From NCBI RefSeq assembly GCF_006345805.1, contig NC_042998.1:106330001-106394000 (forward strand): a stretch of DNA of 64,000 nucleotides, read 5' to 3'. The notes under the pieces are model-generated. The model was not told where the DNA came from, did no database searches, and worked only from the letters and a program-made list of their open reading frames with translations. This document shows, piece after piece, positions 1 to 11,404 of this stretch. A program made the translations under genes and the position numbers. The DNA is from Octopus sinensis (Eukaryota). Every line of letters begins with the position of its first letter. Position 1 is the first letter of the stretch.

Positions 1-2191
1 CAGAGATGCTCAAAATGTCTGGTAGTGTCGGCTATAGCCTAGTCACCCGTATAGTTAATCAGGTGATACACAAAGGGGTCATACCCAATGACTGGTGTAG
101 CAGTATAATAGTCAACTGCTACAAAGGTAAAGGTGATGCCCTAGATACAAATAACTACAGAGGTATCAAGCTGTTGGACCAGGTGATGAAGGTTACGGAG
201 AGGGTCATAGCCCAACTAATTAGAGAGAGAGTTAGTTTAGATGAGATGCAGTTTGGGTTTGTGCCAGGGAAAAGTACTACTGATGCTATATTCCTGGTAA
301 GGCAGCTGCAGGAGAAATACCTAGCCAAAGATAAGCCCCTGTACCTGGCTTTTGTTGACATGGAGAAAGCCTTCGACAGGGTCCCCCGATCCCTTATCTG
401 GTGGGCAATGAGGAAACTAGGGATAGATGAATGGTTAGTGAGAGCTGTGCGGGCCATGTATAGGGACGCCGCTAGTAGGGTGAGGGTTGGAAATGAGTAC
501 AGTGAAGAATTCCGGGTAGAGGTAGGAGTCCACCAAGGCTCAGTACTCAGCCCCCTCCTATTTATCATAGTCCTCCAGGCAATAACGGAGGAATTCAAGA
601 CAGGATGCCCTTGGGAGCTCCTCTATGCTGATGACCTTGCTCTAATTGCTGAGTCGCTATCAGAACTGGAGGAGAAGTTTCAGGTGTGGAAACAAGGATT
701 AGAATCGAAGGGCCTCAGAGTCAATCTAGCTAAAACCAAAGTCGTAATCAGTAGGAAGGTAGACAAATCACAAACACCTTCAGGTAGATGGCCCTGCTCG
801 ATCTGTAGAAAAGGTGTAGGTAGAAACTCTATAAGATGCACCAAGTGTAAGCTATGGACACATAAGAGATGCAGCAATGTCAAAGGAAGGCTAACTAGGA
901 AGATGGTTTTTGTATGTGGCAGATGCTCAGGAACAATAAACACTGAAAATGCTCTGAGACCAACTTCCGTCACTTTCCAGGGAGAAAAACTAGAAATAGT
1001 TGATAGTTTCCGTTACCTAGGTGACCAAGTCAGCAGCGGGGGCGGGTGTGCTGAAAGTGTAACTGCTAGAGTAAGAATAGCTTGGGCAAAGTTCAGAGAG
1101 CTCTTACCTCTGCTGGTGACAAAAGGCCTCTCGCACAGAGTGAAAGGCAGACTGTATGATGCGTGTGTACGAACAGCCATGCTACATGGCAGTGAAACAT
1201 GGACCGTGACTGCTGAGGATATGCGTAAGCTTGCTAGAAATGAAGCCAGTATGCTCCGATGGATGTGTAATGCCGGTACTCACACTCGGCAGAGTGTAAG
1301 TACCTTGAGAGAAAAGCTGGACCTAAGAAGCATCAGTTGTGGTGTGCAAGAGAGACGTTTGCGCTGGTATGGTCATGTGGCGAGAATGGATGAAGATAGT
1401 TGTGTGAAAAAGTGCCACACCCTAGCGGTTGAGGGAACCTGTGGAAGAGGCAGACCCAGGAAAACCTAGGACGAGGTGGTGAAGCACGACCTTCGAACTT
1501 TAGGTCTCACTGAGGAAATGACTAGAGACCGAGACCTCTGGAAGTGTGCTGTGCGCGAGAAGACCCGGCAGGACAAGTGAGTCCATAACCCGTGGCCTTC
1601 TACATGGGATGGAGCCAGCCTACGTATGCATACCTTCCCTTCTTGGGACACAAAACTCTACTTGTGAAGACGTGTTGAGGCAAGTGAGGATCAGAATCGA
1701 AATCGATCAATGGAAATTGCGGATGTGCTACCAGTGCTGGTGGCATGTCGAAACTCTCTTGTGAAGACCTTGAGGCAAGTGAGGATCAGAATCGAATCGA
1801 TCAATGGAAATCGATCAATGGAAATTGCAAGATGTGTTACAGTGCCGGTGGCATGTAAGAGAACTTTCCGTTTCGCGACCGTTGCCAGCACCGCCCCGTT
1901 TCGTGTCCGTTGCCAGCCTCGCCTGGCCCTCGTGCCGGTGGCACATAAAAAGCACCATCCGTTCATGGCCGTTTGCCAGCTCAGTCTGGCACCAGTGCGG
2001 GTGGCACGTGAAAAGCACCCACTACACTCACGGAGTGGTTGGCGTTAGGAAGGGCATCCAGCCGTAGAAACACTGCCAGATTTGACTGGGCCTGATGAAG
2101 CCTTCTAGCTTCACAGACCCCAGTAGAACCGTCCAACCCATGCTAGCATGGAAAACGGACGCTAAACGATGATGATGATGATGATGATGAT
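1..2191 (+). mobile_element. RTE-clade non-LTR retrotransposon, copy 1 (5' end outside window), with 3' UTR and (GAT)n tail
   Basis: RT ORF 6-1469, 3' UTR with GTGCC-GGT-GGCAC modules, terminal ...GTCCAACCCATGCTAGCATGGAAAACGGACGCTAAAC followed by (GAT)n at 2168-2191. Confidence 0.93.
6..1469 (+). CDS. Reverse transcriptase portion of RTE ORF with inserted PHD-type Cys4-His-Cys3 finger; premature TAG at 1467-1469 (homologous frame continues to TGA at 1578-1580)
   Basis: Motifs NYRGIKLL, QFGFVPGKSTTDAIF, FVDMEKAFDRV, GVHQGSVLSPLLF, LLYADD, FRYLG, LRWYGHVARM, GRGRPRKT; copy 2 reads RKTWDEVVKHDL where this copy has RKT*DEVVKHDL. Confidence 0.92.
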   Translation: MLKMSGSVGYSLVTRIVNQVIHKGVIPNDWCSSIIVNCYKGKGDALDTNNYRGIKLLDQVMKVTERVIAQLIRERVSLDEMQFGFVPGKSTTDAIFLVRQLQEKYLAKDKPLYLAFVDMEKAFDRVPRSLIWWAMRKLGIDEWLVRAVRAMYRDAASRVRVGNEYSEEFRVEVGVHQGSVLSPLLFIIVLQAITEEFKTGCPWELLYADDLALIAESLSELEEKFQVWKQGLESKGLRVNLAKTKVVISRKVDKSQTPSGRWPCSICRKGVGRNSIRCTKCKLWTHKRCSNVKGRLTRKMVFVCGRCSGTINTENALRPTSVTFQGEKLEIVDSFRYLGDQVSSGGGCAESVTARVRIAWAKFRELLPLLVTKGLSHRVKGRLYDACVRTAMLHGSETWTVTAEDMRKLARNEASMLRWMCNAGTHTRQSVSTLREKLDLRSISCGVQERRLRWYGHVARMDEDSCVKKCHTLAVEGTCGRGRPRKT

Positions 2192-2879
2192 AAGATCCGG
2201 CGATCAAGGTGTAAGAAGAAAGTTAGCTTCAAGCAATCCATAGTAAATATAAAAATCAACTTTCAGGGACATTAGTGGTTTATTGAGATGGAAAGTTTAT
2301 GGATTTTTTCGATTCAAAGTATGATAAACTGAAAAAAGTTCTTTTTATATTTCATGGTAGGCAATCAAGGTTGCCAGGTATGTGAAAATGAATGCAAGAG
2401 TTAAGAAATGGAGCAGATAAGGTCCAGGTTATATATTCTTCATAGCAAGCAGAACCTTGGAAGTGGTAAATATCCAAGTAAGGTGAATTCTCTTCAGGCC
2501 AAGGATATCTTGATTAAATGAAAGTTTACATTGTCACAAGGAGGTACATGTTAACACATAGAAGATTCATGAGGTTCTCCTCATTATGAAACATACGTAA
2601 CCCAAGATCTTATCGACACCATTCCTTAACTCTTATATATGTATATGTATATGTATATATATGTGTGTGTGTGTATGTATTTATGTATGTATGTGTGTGT
2701 GTGTATATATATCATCATCATCATCATCATCATTTAACGTCCGCTTTCCATGCTAGCATGGGTTGGACGGTTCAACTGGGGTCTGGGGAGCCCGAAAGCT
2801 GCACCAGTCCAGTCAGATCTGGCAGTGTTTCTACAGCTGGATGCCCTTCCTAACGCCAACCACTCCGAGAGTGTAGTGG

Positions 2880-3190
2880 GTGATTTTATGTGCCACCGAC
2901 ACAGGTGCCAGACGAGGCTGACAAACGGCCACGCTCGGATGGTGTTTTTATGTGCCACCGACACAGGTGCCAGACGAGGCTGGCAGACGGCCCTCGGATG
3001 GTGTTTTTATGTGCCACCGACACAGGTGCCAGACGAGGCTGGCAGACGGCCACGCTCGGATGGTGTTTTTATGTGCCACCGACACAGGTGCCAGACGAGG
3101 CTGGCAGACGGCCACGCTCGGATGGTGTTTTTATGTGCCACCGACACAGGTGCCAGATGAGGCTGGCAAACGGCCACGATCGGATGGTGC
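2880..3190. repeat. ~61-bp minisatellite (about 5 units) in RTE 3' UTR
   Basis: Unit GGTGTTTTTATGTGCCACCGACACAGGTGCCAGACGAGGCTGGCAGACGGCCACGCTCGGAT recurs at about 2880, 2941, 3000, 3062, 3124. Confidence 0.92.
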
Positions 3191-5290
3191 TTGTTACGTG
3201 CCCACAGCACGGAGGCCAGTCGATGCGGTACTGGCTACGGCCACGTTCGGATGGTTTTCTTATATGCCACGTGCCACCGGCACTGGTACCACAAAGATAC
3301 AAATTCCATTGATGTTCATCTATTTTGATTTGTTTTGATTTGATTTGATTTGATTTTCACTTGCCTCAACAGGTTCTTCACAAGTGTCACAAGAAGGAGG
3401 TATGCACAGGTGGACTGACTACGTCCCAGGTAGGGGCCATGGTTTATGGCCTGACTAGTCTTGCCGGGTCTTCGGATGGTTTTTTTATGTGCCACCGACA
3501 CAGGTGCTAGATGAGGCTGGCGAACGCCCACGATCGGATGGTGTTTGTCATGTGCCCACCGCACTGACTACGGCACTGATGGATTTCTTGTGTGCCACAG
3601 GCACTGGTACCACAAGATACAAATTCCATTGATTTCATCTATTTTGTCTATTTTGATTTGATTTGATTTGATTTTCACTTGCCTCAACTGGTCTTCACAA
3701 GTGTCACAAGAAGGAAGGAAGGTATGCACAGGTGGACTGACTAGTCTTGCGGGTCTTCGGAAGGTGTTTTTTATGTGCCACCGACACAGGTGCCAGATGA
3801 GGCTGGCGAACGGCCATGATCGGATGGTGTGTTGTTACGTGCCCACAGCACGGAGGCCGGTCGATGCGAACTGGCTATGGCCACGTTCGGATGGTTCTCA
3901 TGTGTGCCACCGGCACTGGTACCACAAAGTGTGTGCCACCGGCACTGGATGTTCTCATGTGTGCCACCGGCACTGGTACCACAAAGTGTGTGCCACCGGC
4001 ACTGGTACCACAAAGATACAGATTCCATTGATGTTCATCTATTTTGATTTGTTTTGATTTTGATTTTCACTTGCCTCAACAGGTCTTCACAGGTGTCACA
4101 AGAAGGAAGGTATGCACAGGTGGACTGACTACGTCCCAGGTAGGGGCCATGGGTTATGGCCTGACTAGTCTTGCCGGGTCTTCGGATGGTGTTTTTATGT
4201 GCCACGACACAGGTGCTAGATGAGGCTGGCGAACGGCCACGATCGGATGGTGTTTGTCATGTGCCCACAGAACGGAGGCCAGTCGATGCGGTACTGGCTA
4301 CGGCCACTTTCGGATGGTTTTCTCTTTGTGCCACCGGCACTGGTACCACAAAGATACAAATTCCATTGATGTTCATCTATTTTGATTTGTTTGATTGATT
4401 TTGATTTTGATTTTGATTTTCACTTGCCTCAACAGGCCTTTGATTTTCACTTGCCTCAACAGGCCTTCACAAGTATCACAAGGAGGAAGGTATGCACAGG
4501 TGGACTGACTACGTCCCGGTAGGGGCCATGGTTTATGGCTGACTAGTCTTGCCGGGTCTTCGGAAGGTGTTTTTATGTGCCACCGACACAGGTGCTAGAT
4601 GAGGCTGGCGAACGGCCACGACCGGATGGTGTTTGTTATGTGCCCACACGCACGATGGCCAGTGATGCGGTACTGACTACGGCCACGTTCGGATGGATTC
4701 TGTGTGCCACCACCGGCACTGGTACCACAAGCGGTACTGACTACGGCCACGTTCGGATGGATTCTTGTGTGCCACCGGCACTGGTACCACAAGCGGTACT
4801 GACTACGGCCACGTTCGGATGGATTCTTGTGTGCCACTGGCACTGGTACCACAAGGATACAAATTCCATTGATGTTCATCTATTTTGATTTGTTTTGATT
4901 TGATTTGATTTTCACTTGCCTCAGCAGGTCTTCACAAGTCGGAAGGTATGTACAGGTGGACTGACTACGTCCCAGGTAGGGCCCACGGGTTATGACCTGA
5001 CTAGTCTTGCCGGGTCTTCGGATGGTGTTTTTATGTGCCACCATGTTCCCACAGCACGGAGGCCAGTCGATGCGGTACTGGCTACGGCCACGTTCGGATG
5101 GTTTTCTTGTGTGCCACAGGCACTGGTACCACAAAGATACAAATTCCATTGATGTTCATCTATTTTGATTGATTTTCACTTGCCTCAGCAGGTCTTCACA
5201 AGTGTCACAAGAAGGAAGGTATGCACAGGTGGATCGACTACGTCCCAGGTAGGGGCCACTGGATATGGCCTGACTAGTCCTGCCGGGTCC
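3190..5290. repeat. Higher-order tandem array (six units, 280-500 bp) of the proximal RTE 3' UTR with nested sub-duplications
   Basis: Marker AAATTCCATTGAT(G)TTCATCTATTTTG at about 3301, 3621, 4021, 4358, 4861, 5141. Confidence 0.9.
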
Positions 5291-6595
5291 TCTCATGCAC
5301 AGCACACTTCCATAGGACTCGCGTCTTCAGTCATTTCCTTGGTGAGACCTAAAGTTCGAAGGTCGTGCTTCACAACCTCGTCCCAGGTTTTCCTGGGTCT
5401 ACCTCTTCCACAGGTTCCCTCAACTGCTAGGTTGTAGCACTTTTGCACACAACTATCTTCAGCCATTCTCGTCACATGACCATACCAGTGCAGCCGTCTC
5501 TCTTGCACACCACAACTGACACTTCTTAGGTTCAACTTTTCTCTCAAGTACTTACACTCTGACGATTATGAACACTGACATTACACATCCATCGGAGCAT
5601 ACTGGCTTCATTTCTTGCAAGCTTACGCATATCCTCCTGTCACGGCCCATGTTTCACTACCATGTAGCATGGCTGTACGTACACAACGCATCATATAGTC
5701 TGCCTTTTACTCTTAGCGAGAGACCTTTTGTCACCAGCAGGGGTAAGAGCTCTCTAAACTTTGCCCAGGCTATTCTTACTCTAGCAGTTACACTTTCAGC
5801 ACCCCCCCCCGCTACTGACTTGGTCTCCTAGGTAGCGGAAGCTATCAACTACTTCTAGTTTGTCTCCCTGGAACGTGGTAGAAGTTGGACTCTGCACATT
5901 TCCAGTGTTTATTTCTCCTGAGCATCTGCCACAGACAAAAACTATTTTCTTAGTTAGCCTTCCTTTGACATAGCTGCACCTCTTATGTGTCCATAGCTTA
6001 CACTTGGTGCACCTTATAGAGTTTCTACCTACACCTTTTTTACAGATCGAGCAGGGCCATCTACCTGAAGTCGTTTGTGGTGGTCCACCTTCCTACTTAT
6101 TAGGACTTTGGTTTTGGCTAGGTTGATTCTAAGGCCCTTCGATTCTAATCCTTGTTTCCACACCTGAAACTTCTCCTCCAGTTCTGATAGTGACTCAGCA
6201 ATTAGAGCAAGGTCATCAGCATATAGGAGCTCCCAGGGGCATCCTGTCTTAAATTCTTCCGTTATTGTCTGGAGGACTATGATAAATAGGAGGGGGCTGA
6301 GGACTGAACCTTGGTGGACCCCAACCTCTACCCGGAATTCTTCACTGTACTCGTTGCCAACCCTCACCTTACTAGCTGCGTCTCTGTACATGGCTCGCAC
6401 AGCTCTCACTAACCATTCATCTATCCCTAGTTTCCTCATTGACCACCAGATAAGGGATCGGGGGACCCTGTCAAAGGCTTTCTCTAAGTCAACAAAAGCC
6501 AGGTACAAGGGCTTACCTTTGGCTAGGTATTTCTCCTGCAGCTGTCTTACCAGGAATATAGCATCAGTAGTACTTTTCCCTGGCACGAACCCAAA
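5274..6595 (-). pseudogene. Frameshifted RT/PHD ORF of RTE copy 2
   Basis: ORF pieces 6029-6586 (MPGKSTTDAIF...LLYADD) and 5293-5547 (LHWYGHVTRM...GRGRPRKTW); 1-nt deletion near 6085. Confidence 0.9.
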
Positions 6596-6616
6596 GAGAG
6601 AGAGATAGATATATAC

Positions 6617-6659
<43 letters not shown>

Positions 6660-6664
6660 TAGAT
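6596..6664. repeat. (AGAT)n microsatellite
   Basis: Direct inspection. Confidence 0.95.
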
Positions 6665-6832
6665 ATATGATGCCCTTTCACATAGTTTTTGCGCATCAAA
6701 TTTGCTTGCAAGGCATGGGTCAGCCCAGGGCTATAGTAGAAGACATTTTCCCAAGATGCCACATGGTGGAACCGAACTCAAAACTTCATGGTTGCAAAAC
6801 AAGCTTCTTAACAACACAGCTATGCCTGCACC
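6665..6832 (-). mobile_element. tRNA-derived CORE-type SINE, 5' half, diverged
   Basis: Similarity to the intact copy at 59564-59971 (GGCTATAGTAGAAGACA...CCCAAG...CACAGC). Confidence 0.75.
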
Positions 6833-6925
6833 AATACATTTAACTGATTATGCACTTAATTCATAAGTGCATTGCCAGTAGTAGTATGAAGAAGAGTGTA
6901 TGATATGCAAGGATGTGTGTGTGCA

Positions 6926-6929
<4 letters not shown>

Positions 6930-6964
<35 letters not shown>

Positions 6965-9900
6965 ATGTGAATGTGTGTGTGCATGCACGCATGTGTATAT
7001 GTGTGTATGTGTGTGTGAGCGCGTGCTTGCCATGTGTTGGATGATGCCTAACAATGTCTGCAGACATAATTGTGAATGAAGCAAACTCTATGGAATATAA
7101 GTGAACTAGACTAAGAGAAAGAGTGCAAAAGAGATGGAAAGGGGGTGAAGCAAAAGTAGAAAATTTGAGAAAAGAGAAAAGAGGAGAGAAAAAAAAAAGA
7201 GTGGGACAAGCAGAAGGAATGATACACATTTTTAGAAAGTCACTTGAAAATATACAAAGGTCAAATTTATTTCCCTCATAGGCTTTGTCCTTCCATACTT
7301 TTCATTCTAAATAATTTACAACACACAACACAATTTAAGTGCCTATAACTAGTTAATAGTAAGTGTAATATTGGAATAGTTGAATGATAATGCAGTATTT
7401 GATGTTCTAACAAGACATCTACATTAAGTGTGTGTTTTTATTCACTAAGTGCCTATATGAGAAGATCTCTCAAGGCTAATAATGTAGTATTGTGGTGTTT
7501 TAACAAGATGTCCTTATTAAGTTGGATACAATGATTATCTTTTGTTATTACTACTGCTTCTGTTATTGATAATTCTTTTTAATAAGCCGGCGGGCTATTT
7601 GTGACATTTGTGTCTATATAATGTGATAGCAAGATTTGATTGGTATGCAGTGAATAGATACCTCCCACTGATGATGTCCAGTAGACTGAAATCACATAAG
7701 TGGTTACCAAAGCCACAGAAAAAGAAAATTAAGGACTTTATTTTATTTTGTATTTAAAAAAAAAAAAGTATTATGAAACCTGCTTTAAATTAAGAATTAA
7801 GTATACATGATCTTCAAATTTGTCCGGGAGGAAATTCTCTCCCCTTTGATGACATGTTTTCCACCAGAGGCAAATCACATGTGTTTGAATAAATAAAGAC
7901 CTTTGCCTTACATAAAGCATATATGTACTTAGATAAGTACATATATGCTTTATTACTGCAGATTTTCAAAAAAACACTGAATACTTTTAGTTGCAATCTA
8001 TGAAACCAAAACTTGATGTATCAAGGACAAAATATCTTACAAAAATTTTAATGATTTAAGCATGCAGACCAACAGTTTGTCATTTAAGATAATCCAAAAC
8101 CTAGGAGTATTACAGAACACTGTTAAAAGTGTTGCAAGATTTTATGCAAATACTGTCTAGCAATTTCTAAATGACTAAAAGTGTTAATAAATCTATCTTT
8201 GCTACTGTAATTGTCTAGAAGTTTAACACTAATGTTATTCAACTGGAGAATTTTTCCTTGAAACAATTAGTCCAAGAAAGAAGGTAAGTGATCATAGACT
8301 TTTCAAGTTAGTCTTTCTGGATTGGAAAATAAGGGAAGTAGCAGAGTGGGGTTGGAGAATAAACAAACAAACACGTGGGTGTGTTCCAGATGTATCTAGT
8401 TCTGAGAAAGAACTGAGAAGAAAGGAGGGTTTTAGAAGTGAGGTATAGTAAGAACAAGCATAAAAAAAGTTGAGATTAAATAATGATCTATAGCAGACAA
8501 GAAAAAAAATCAGGTACAGTTGTGTAGTTAAGATGTTTACTTTGTAACGACATAGTTCCCAATTCAAAGCCATTGTGTGGTTCCTTAGGCAAGTATCTTC
8601 TACTATGGCTTCAGTTTAACAGATACCTTTGAGTAGAAATTGGTATGAAGGAACTGTGTCGAAGCCTGTTGTTGTTGTTGTGTGTGTGTGTGTGGTGTGT
8701 GTGTGTGTGTGCATGTGAATGTGTGTGTGCATGCACGCATGTGTATATGTGTGTATGTGTGTGTGAGCGCGTGCTTGCCATGTGTTGGATGATGCCTAAC
8801 AATGTCTGCAGACATAATTGTGAATGAAGCAAACTCTATGGAATATAAGTGAACTAGACTAAGAGAAAGAGTGCAAAAGAGATGGAAAGGGGGTGAAGCA
8901 AAAGTAGAAAATTTGAGAAAAGAGAAAAGAGGAGAGAGAAAAAAAAAAGAGTGGGACAAGCAGAAGGAATGATACACATTTTAGAAAGTCACTTGAAAAT
9001 ATACAAAGGTCAAATTTATTTCCCTCATAGGCTTTGTCCTTCCATACTTTTCATTCTAAATAATTTACAACACACAACACAATTTAAGTGCCTATAACTA
9101 GTTAATAGTAAGTGTAATATTGGAATAGTTGAATGATAATGCAGTATTTGATGTTCTAACAAGACATCTACATTAAGTGTGTGTTTTTATTCACTAAGTG
9201 CCTATATGAGAAGATCTCTCAAGGCTAATAATGTAGTATTGTGGTGTTTTAACAAGATGTCCTTATTAAGTTGGATACAATGATTATCTTTTGTTATTAC
9301 TACTGCTTCTGTTATTGATAATTCTTTTTAATAAGCCGGCGGGCTATTTGTGACATTTGTGTCTATATAATGTGATAGCAAGATTTGATTGGTATGCAGT
9401 GAATAGATACCTCCCACTGATGATGTCCAGTAGACTGAAATCACATAAGTGGTTACCAAAGCCACAGAAAAAGAAAATTAAGGACTTTATTTTATTTTGT
9501 ATTTAAAAAAAAAAAAAGTATTATGAAACCTGCTTTAAATTAAGAATTAAGTATACATGATCTTCAAATTTGTCCGGGAGGAAATTCTCTCCCCTTTGAT
9601 GACATGTTTTCCACCAGAGGCAAATCACATGTGTTTGAATAAATAAAGACCTTTGCCTTACATAAAGCATATATGTACTTAGATAAGTACATATATGCTT
9701 TATTACTGCAGATTTTCAAAAAAACACTGAATACTTTTAGTTGCAATCTATGAAACCAAAACTTGATGTATCAAGGACAAAATATCTTACAAAAATTTTA
9801 ATGATTTAAGCATGCAGACCAACAGTTTGTCATTTAAGATAATCCAAAACCTAGGAGTATTACAGAACACTGTTAAAAGTGTTGCAAGATTTTATGCAAA

Positions 9901-10430
9901 TACTGTCTAGCAATTTCTAAATGACTAAAAGTGTTAATAAATCTATCTTTGCTACTGTAATTGTCTAGAAGTTTAACACTAATGTTATTCAACTGGAGAA
10001 TTTTTCCTTGAAACAATTAGTCCAAGAAAGAAGGTAAGTGATCATAGACTTTTCAAGTTAGTCTTTCTGGATTGGAAAATAAGGGAAGTAGCAGAGTGGG
10101 GTTGGAGAATAAACAAACAAACACGTGGGTGTGTTCCAGATGTATCTAGTTCTGAGAAAGAACTGAGAAGAAAGGAGGGTTTTAGAAGTGAGGTATAGTA
10201 AGAACAAGCATAAAAAAAGTTGAGATTAAATAATGATCTATAGCAGACAAGAAAAAAAATCAGGTACAGTTGTGTAGTTAAGATGTTTACTTTGTAACGA
10301 CATAGTTCCCAATTCAAAGCCATTGTGTGGTTCCTTAGGCAAGTATCTTCTACTATGGCTTCAGTTTAACAGATACCTTTGAGTAGAAATTGGTATGAAG
10401 GAACTGTGTCGAAGCCTGTTGTTGTTGTTG

Positions 10431-10460
<30 letters not shown>
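6930..10460. repeat. Near-identical tandem duplication, unit about 1750 bp, breakpoints in (GT)n tracts
   Basis: Identical ORFs offset by 1750 (7814/9564, 8292/10042); differences seen only in homopolymer or dinucleotide lengths. Confidence 0.93.
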
Positions 10461-10466
<6 letters not shown>

Positions 10467-10595
10467 ATGCATATATGCATGCATATGTGTATTTATGTAC
10501 ATGTGTACATGCATGTGTATGCATATGTGTGTGTCTGTGTATGTATGTGAGGGTGTGTGTGTGCATGTGTGCATGCATATGTATGCATGCATGCA

Positions 10596-10638
<43 letters not shown>

Positions 10639-10881
10639 AATATGTGTGAGGGTGGATGTGTATGTTTGTGATTCTGAGTGATAGTGCTAAATGAATGTCA
10701 CTGTACTACTGCTGTCATTCATTTCCAATCCTCCATAGAAATATGTCTGGCCATGAAATGATATATCCTTGCTTGCAAGCAGGTGAGGGCTTGAAAAAGG
10801 AATGCCATCTGTTTGACCCATGCACACATGGAAAAGACTGGAATTAAGGTGATGATAATGAGGAGAAGGATGATGACGACA

Positions 10882-10912
<31 letters not shown>

Positions 10913-10969
10913 CGATGACAGCAACTATGATGATGATAATGATGGATAGATAGAAAACTTGACAGATAT

Positions 10970-11400
10970 TGGTTTCAAATTTTGGCACAAGGCCAGCAAT
11001 TTCAGGGGTTGGAGCTAGTCAGTAATATCGACCCCAGTGTTCACTTGGTACTTATTTTGTCAACACCAAAAGGATGAAAAGCAAAGATGACTTAGGTGGA
11101 ATTTGGACTCAGAATGTAAGGACAGACATAACGCTGCAACGCATTTTGCCTGACAAATAAGCTCACCACCTTCCAGCTCAACAGATATTGCATGCCAGAC
11201 AAAAGGCTTCATGGCATTAGTTCTGTCTTTATGTTCTGAGTTCAAATTCCATCGAGGTCAACTTTGCCATTCATCTTTTCAGGGTCAATGAAATAAGTAC
11301 CAATTGGTCACTGGGGGTTGATGTAATTAACTAGCCCCCTCTTCAAGAGGGTGCTCCAGCATGGCTGCCTTCCAATGACTGAAGCAAGTAAAAGATAAAA
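10970..11400. mobile_element. Head-to-head pair of diverged tRNA-derived SINEs (Meta-like central domain)
   Basis: GAGTTCAAATTCC B-box and TTCATC(C)TTTC.GGGTC.AT.AAATAAGTACCA motif on both strands. Confidence 0.7.
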
Positions 11401-11404
11401 GCTA

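Larger units (their letters stand above)
2711..6595 (-). mobile_element. RTE-clade LINE, copy 2, 5'-truncated, with greatly expanded 3' UTR
   Basis: Reverse-complement homology to copy 1 over about 5274-6595; (ATC)n tail at 2711-2733; 5' end stops abruptly inside the QFGFVPG codons. Confidence 0.93.

Noticed and set aside
2750-5152. Many 70-140-aa ORFs with repeated CHRHRC/PPTQV peptides
   Set aside because: Products of the GC-rich UTR repeat array; no consistent frame between units
2880-5290. CRISPR-like appearance of recurring palindromic GTGCCACCGGCAC repeats
   Set aside because: Intervening sequences are homologous to each other rather than unique spacers; eukaryotic LINE UTR context; no cas genes
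7660-7712. CTGATGA-TGTCCAGTAGACT-GAAA hammerhead-like core (also at about 9410-9460)
   Set aside because: No stem I partner after the candidate cleavage triplet; chance or fully decayed
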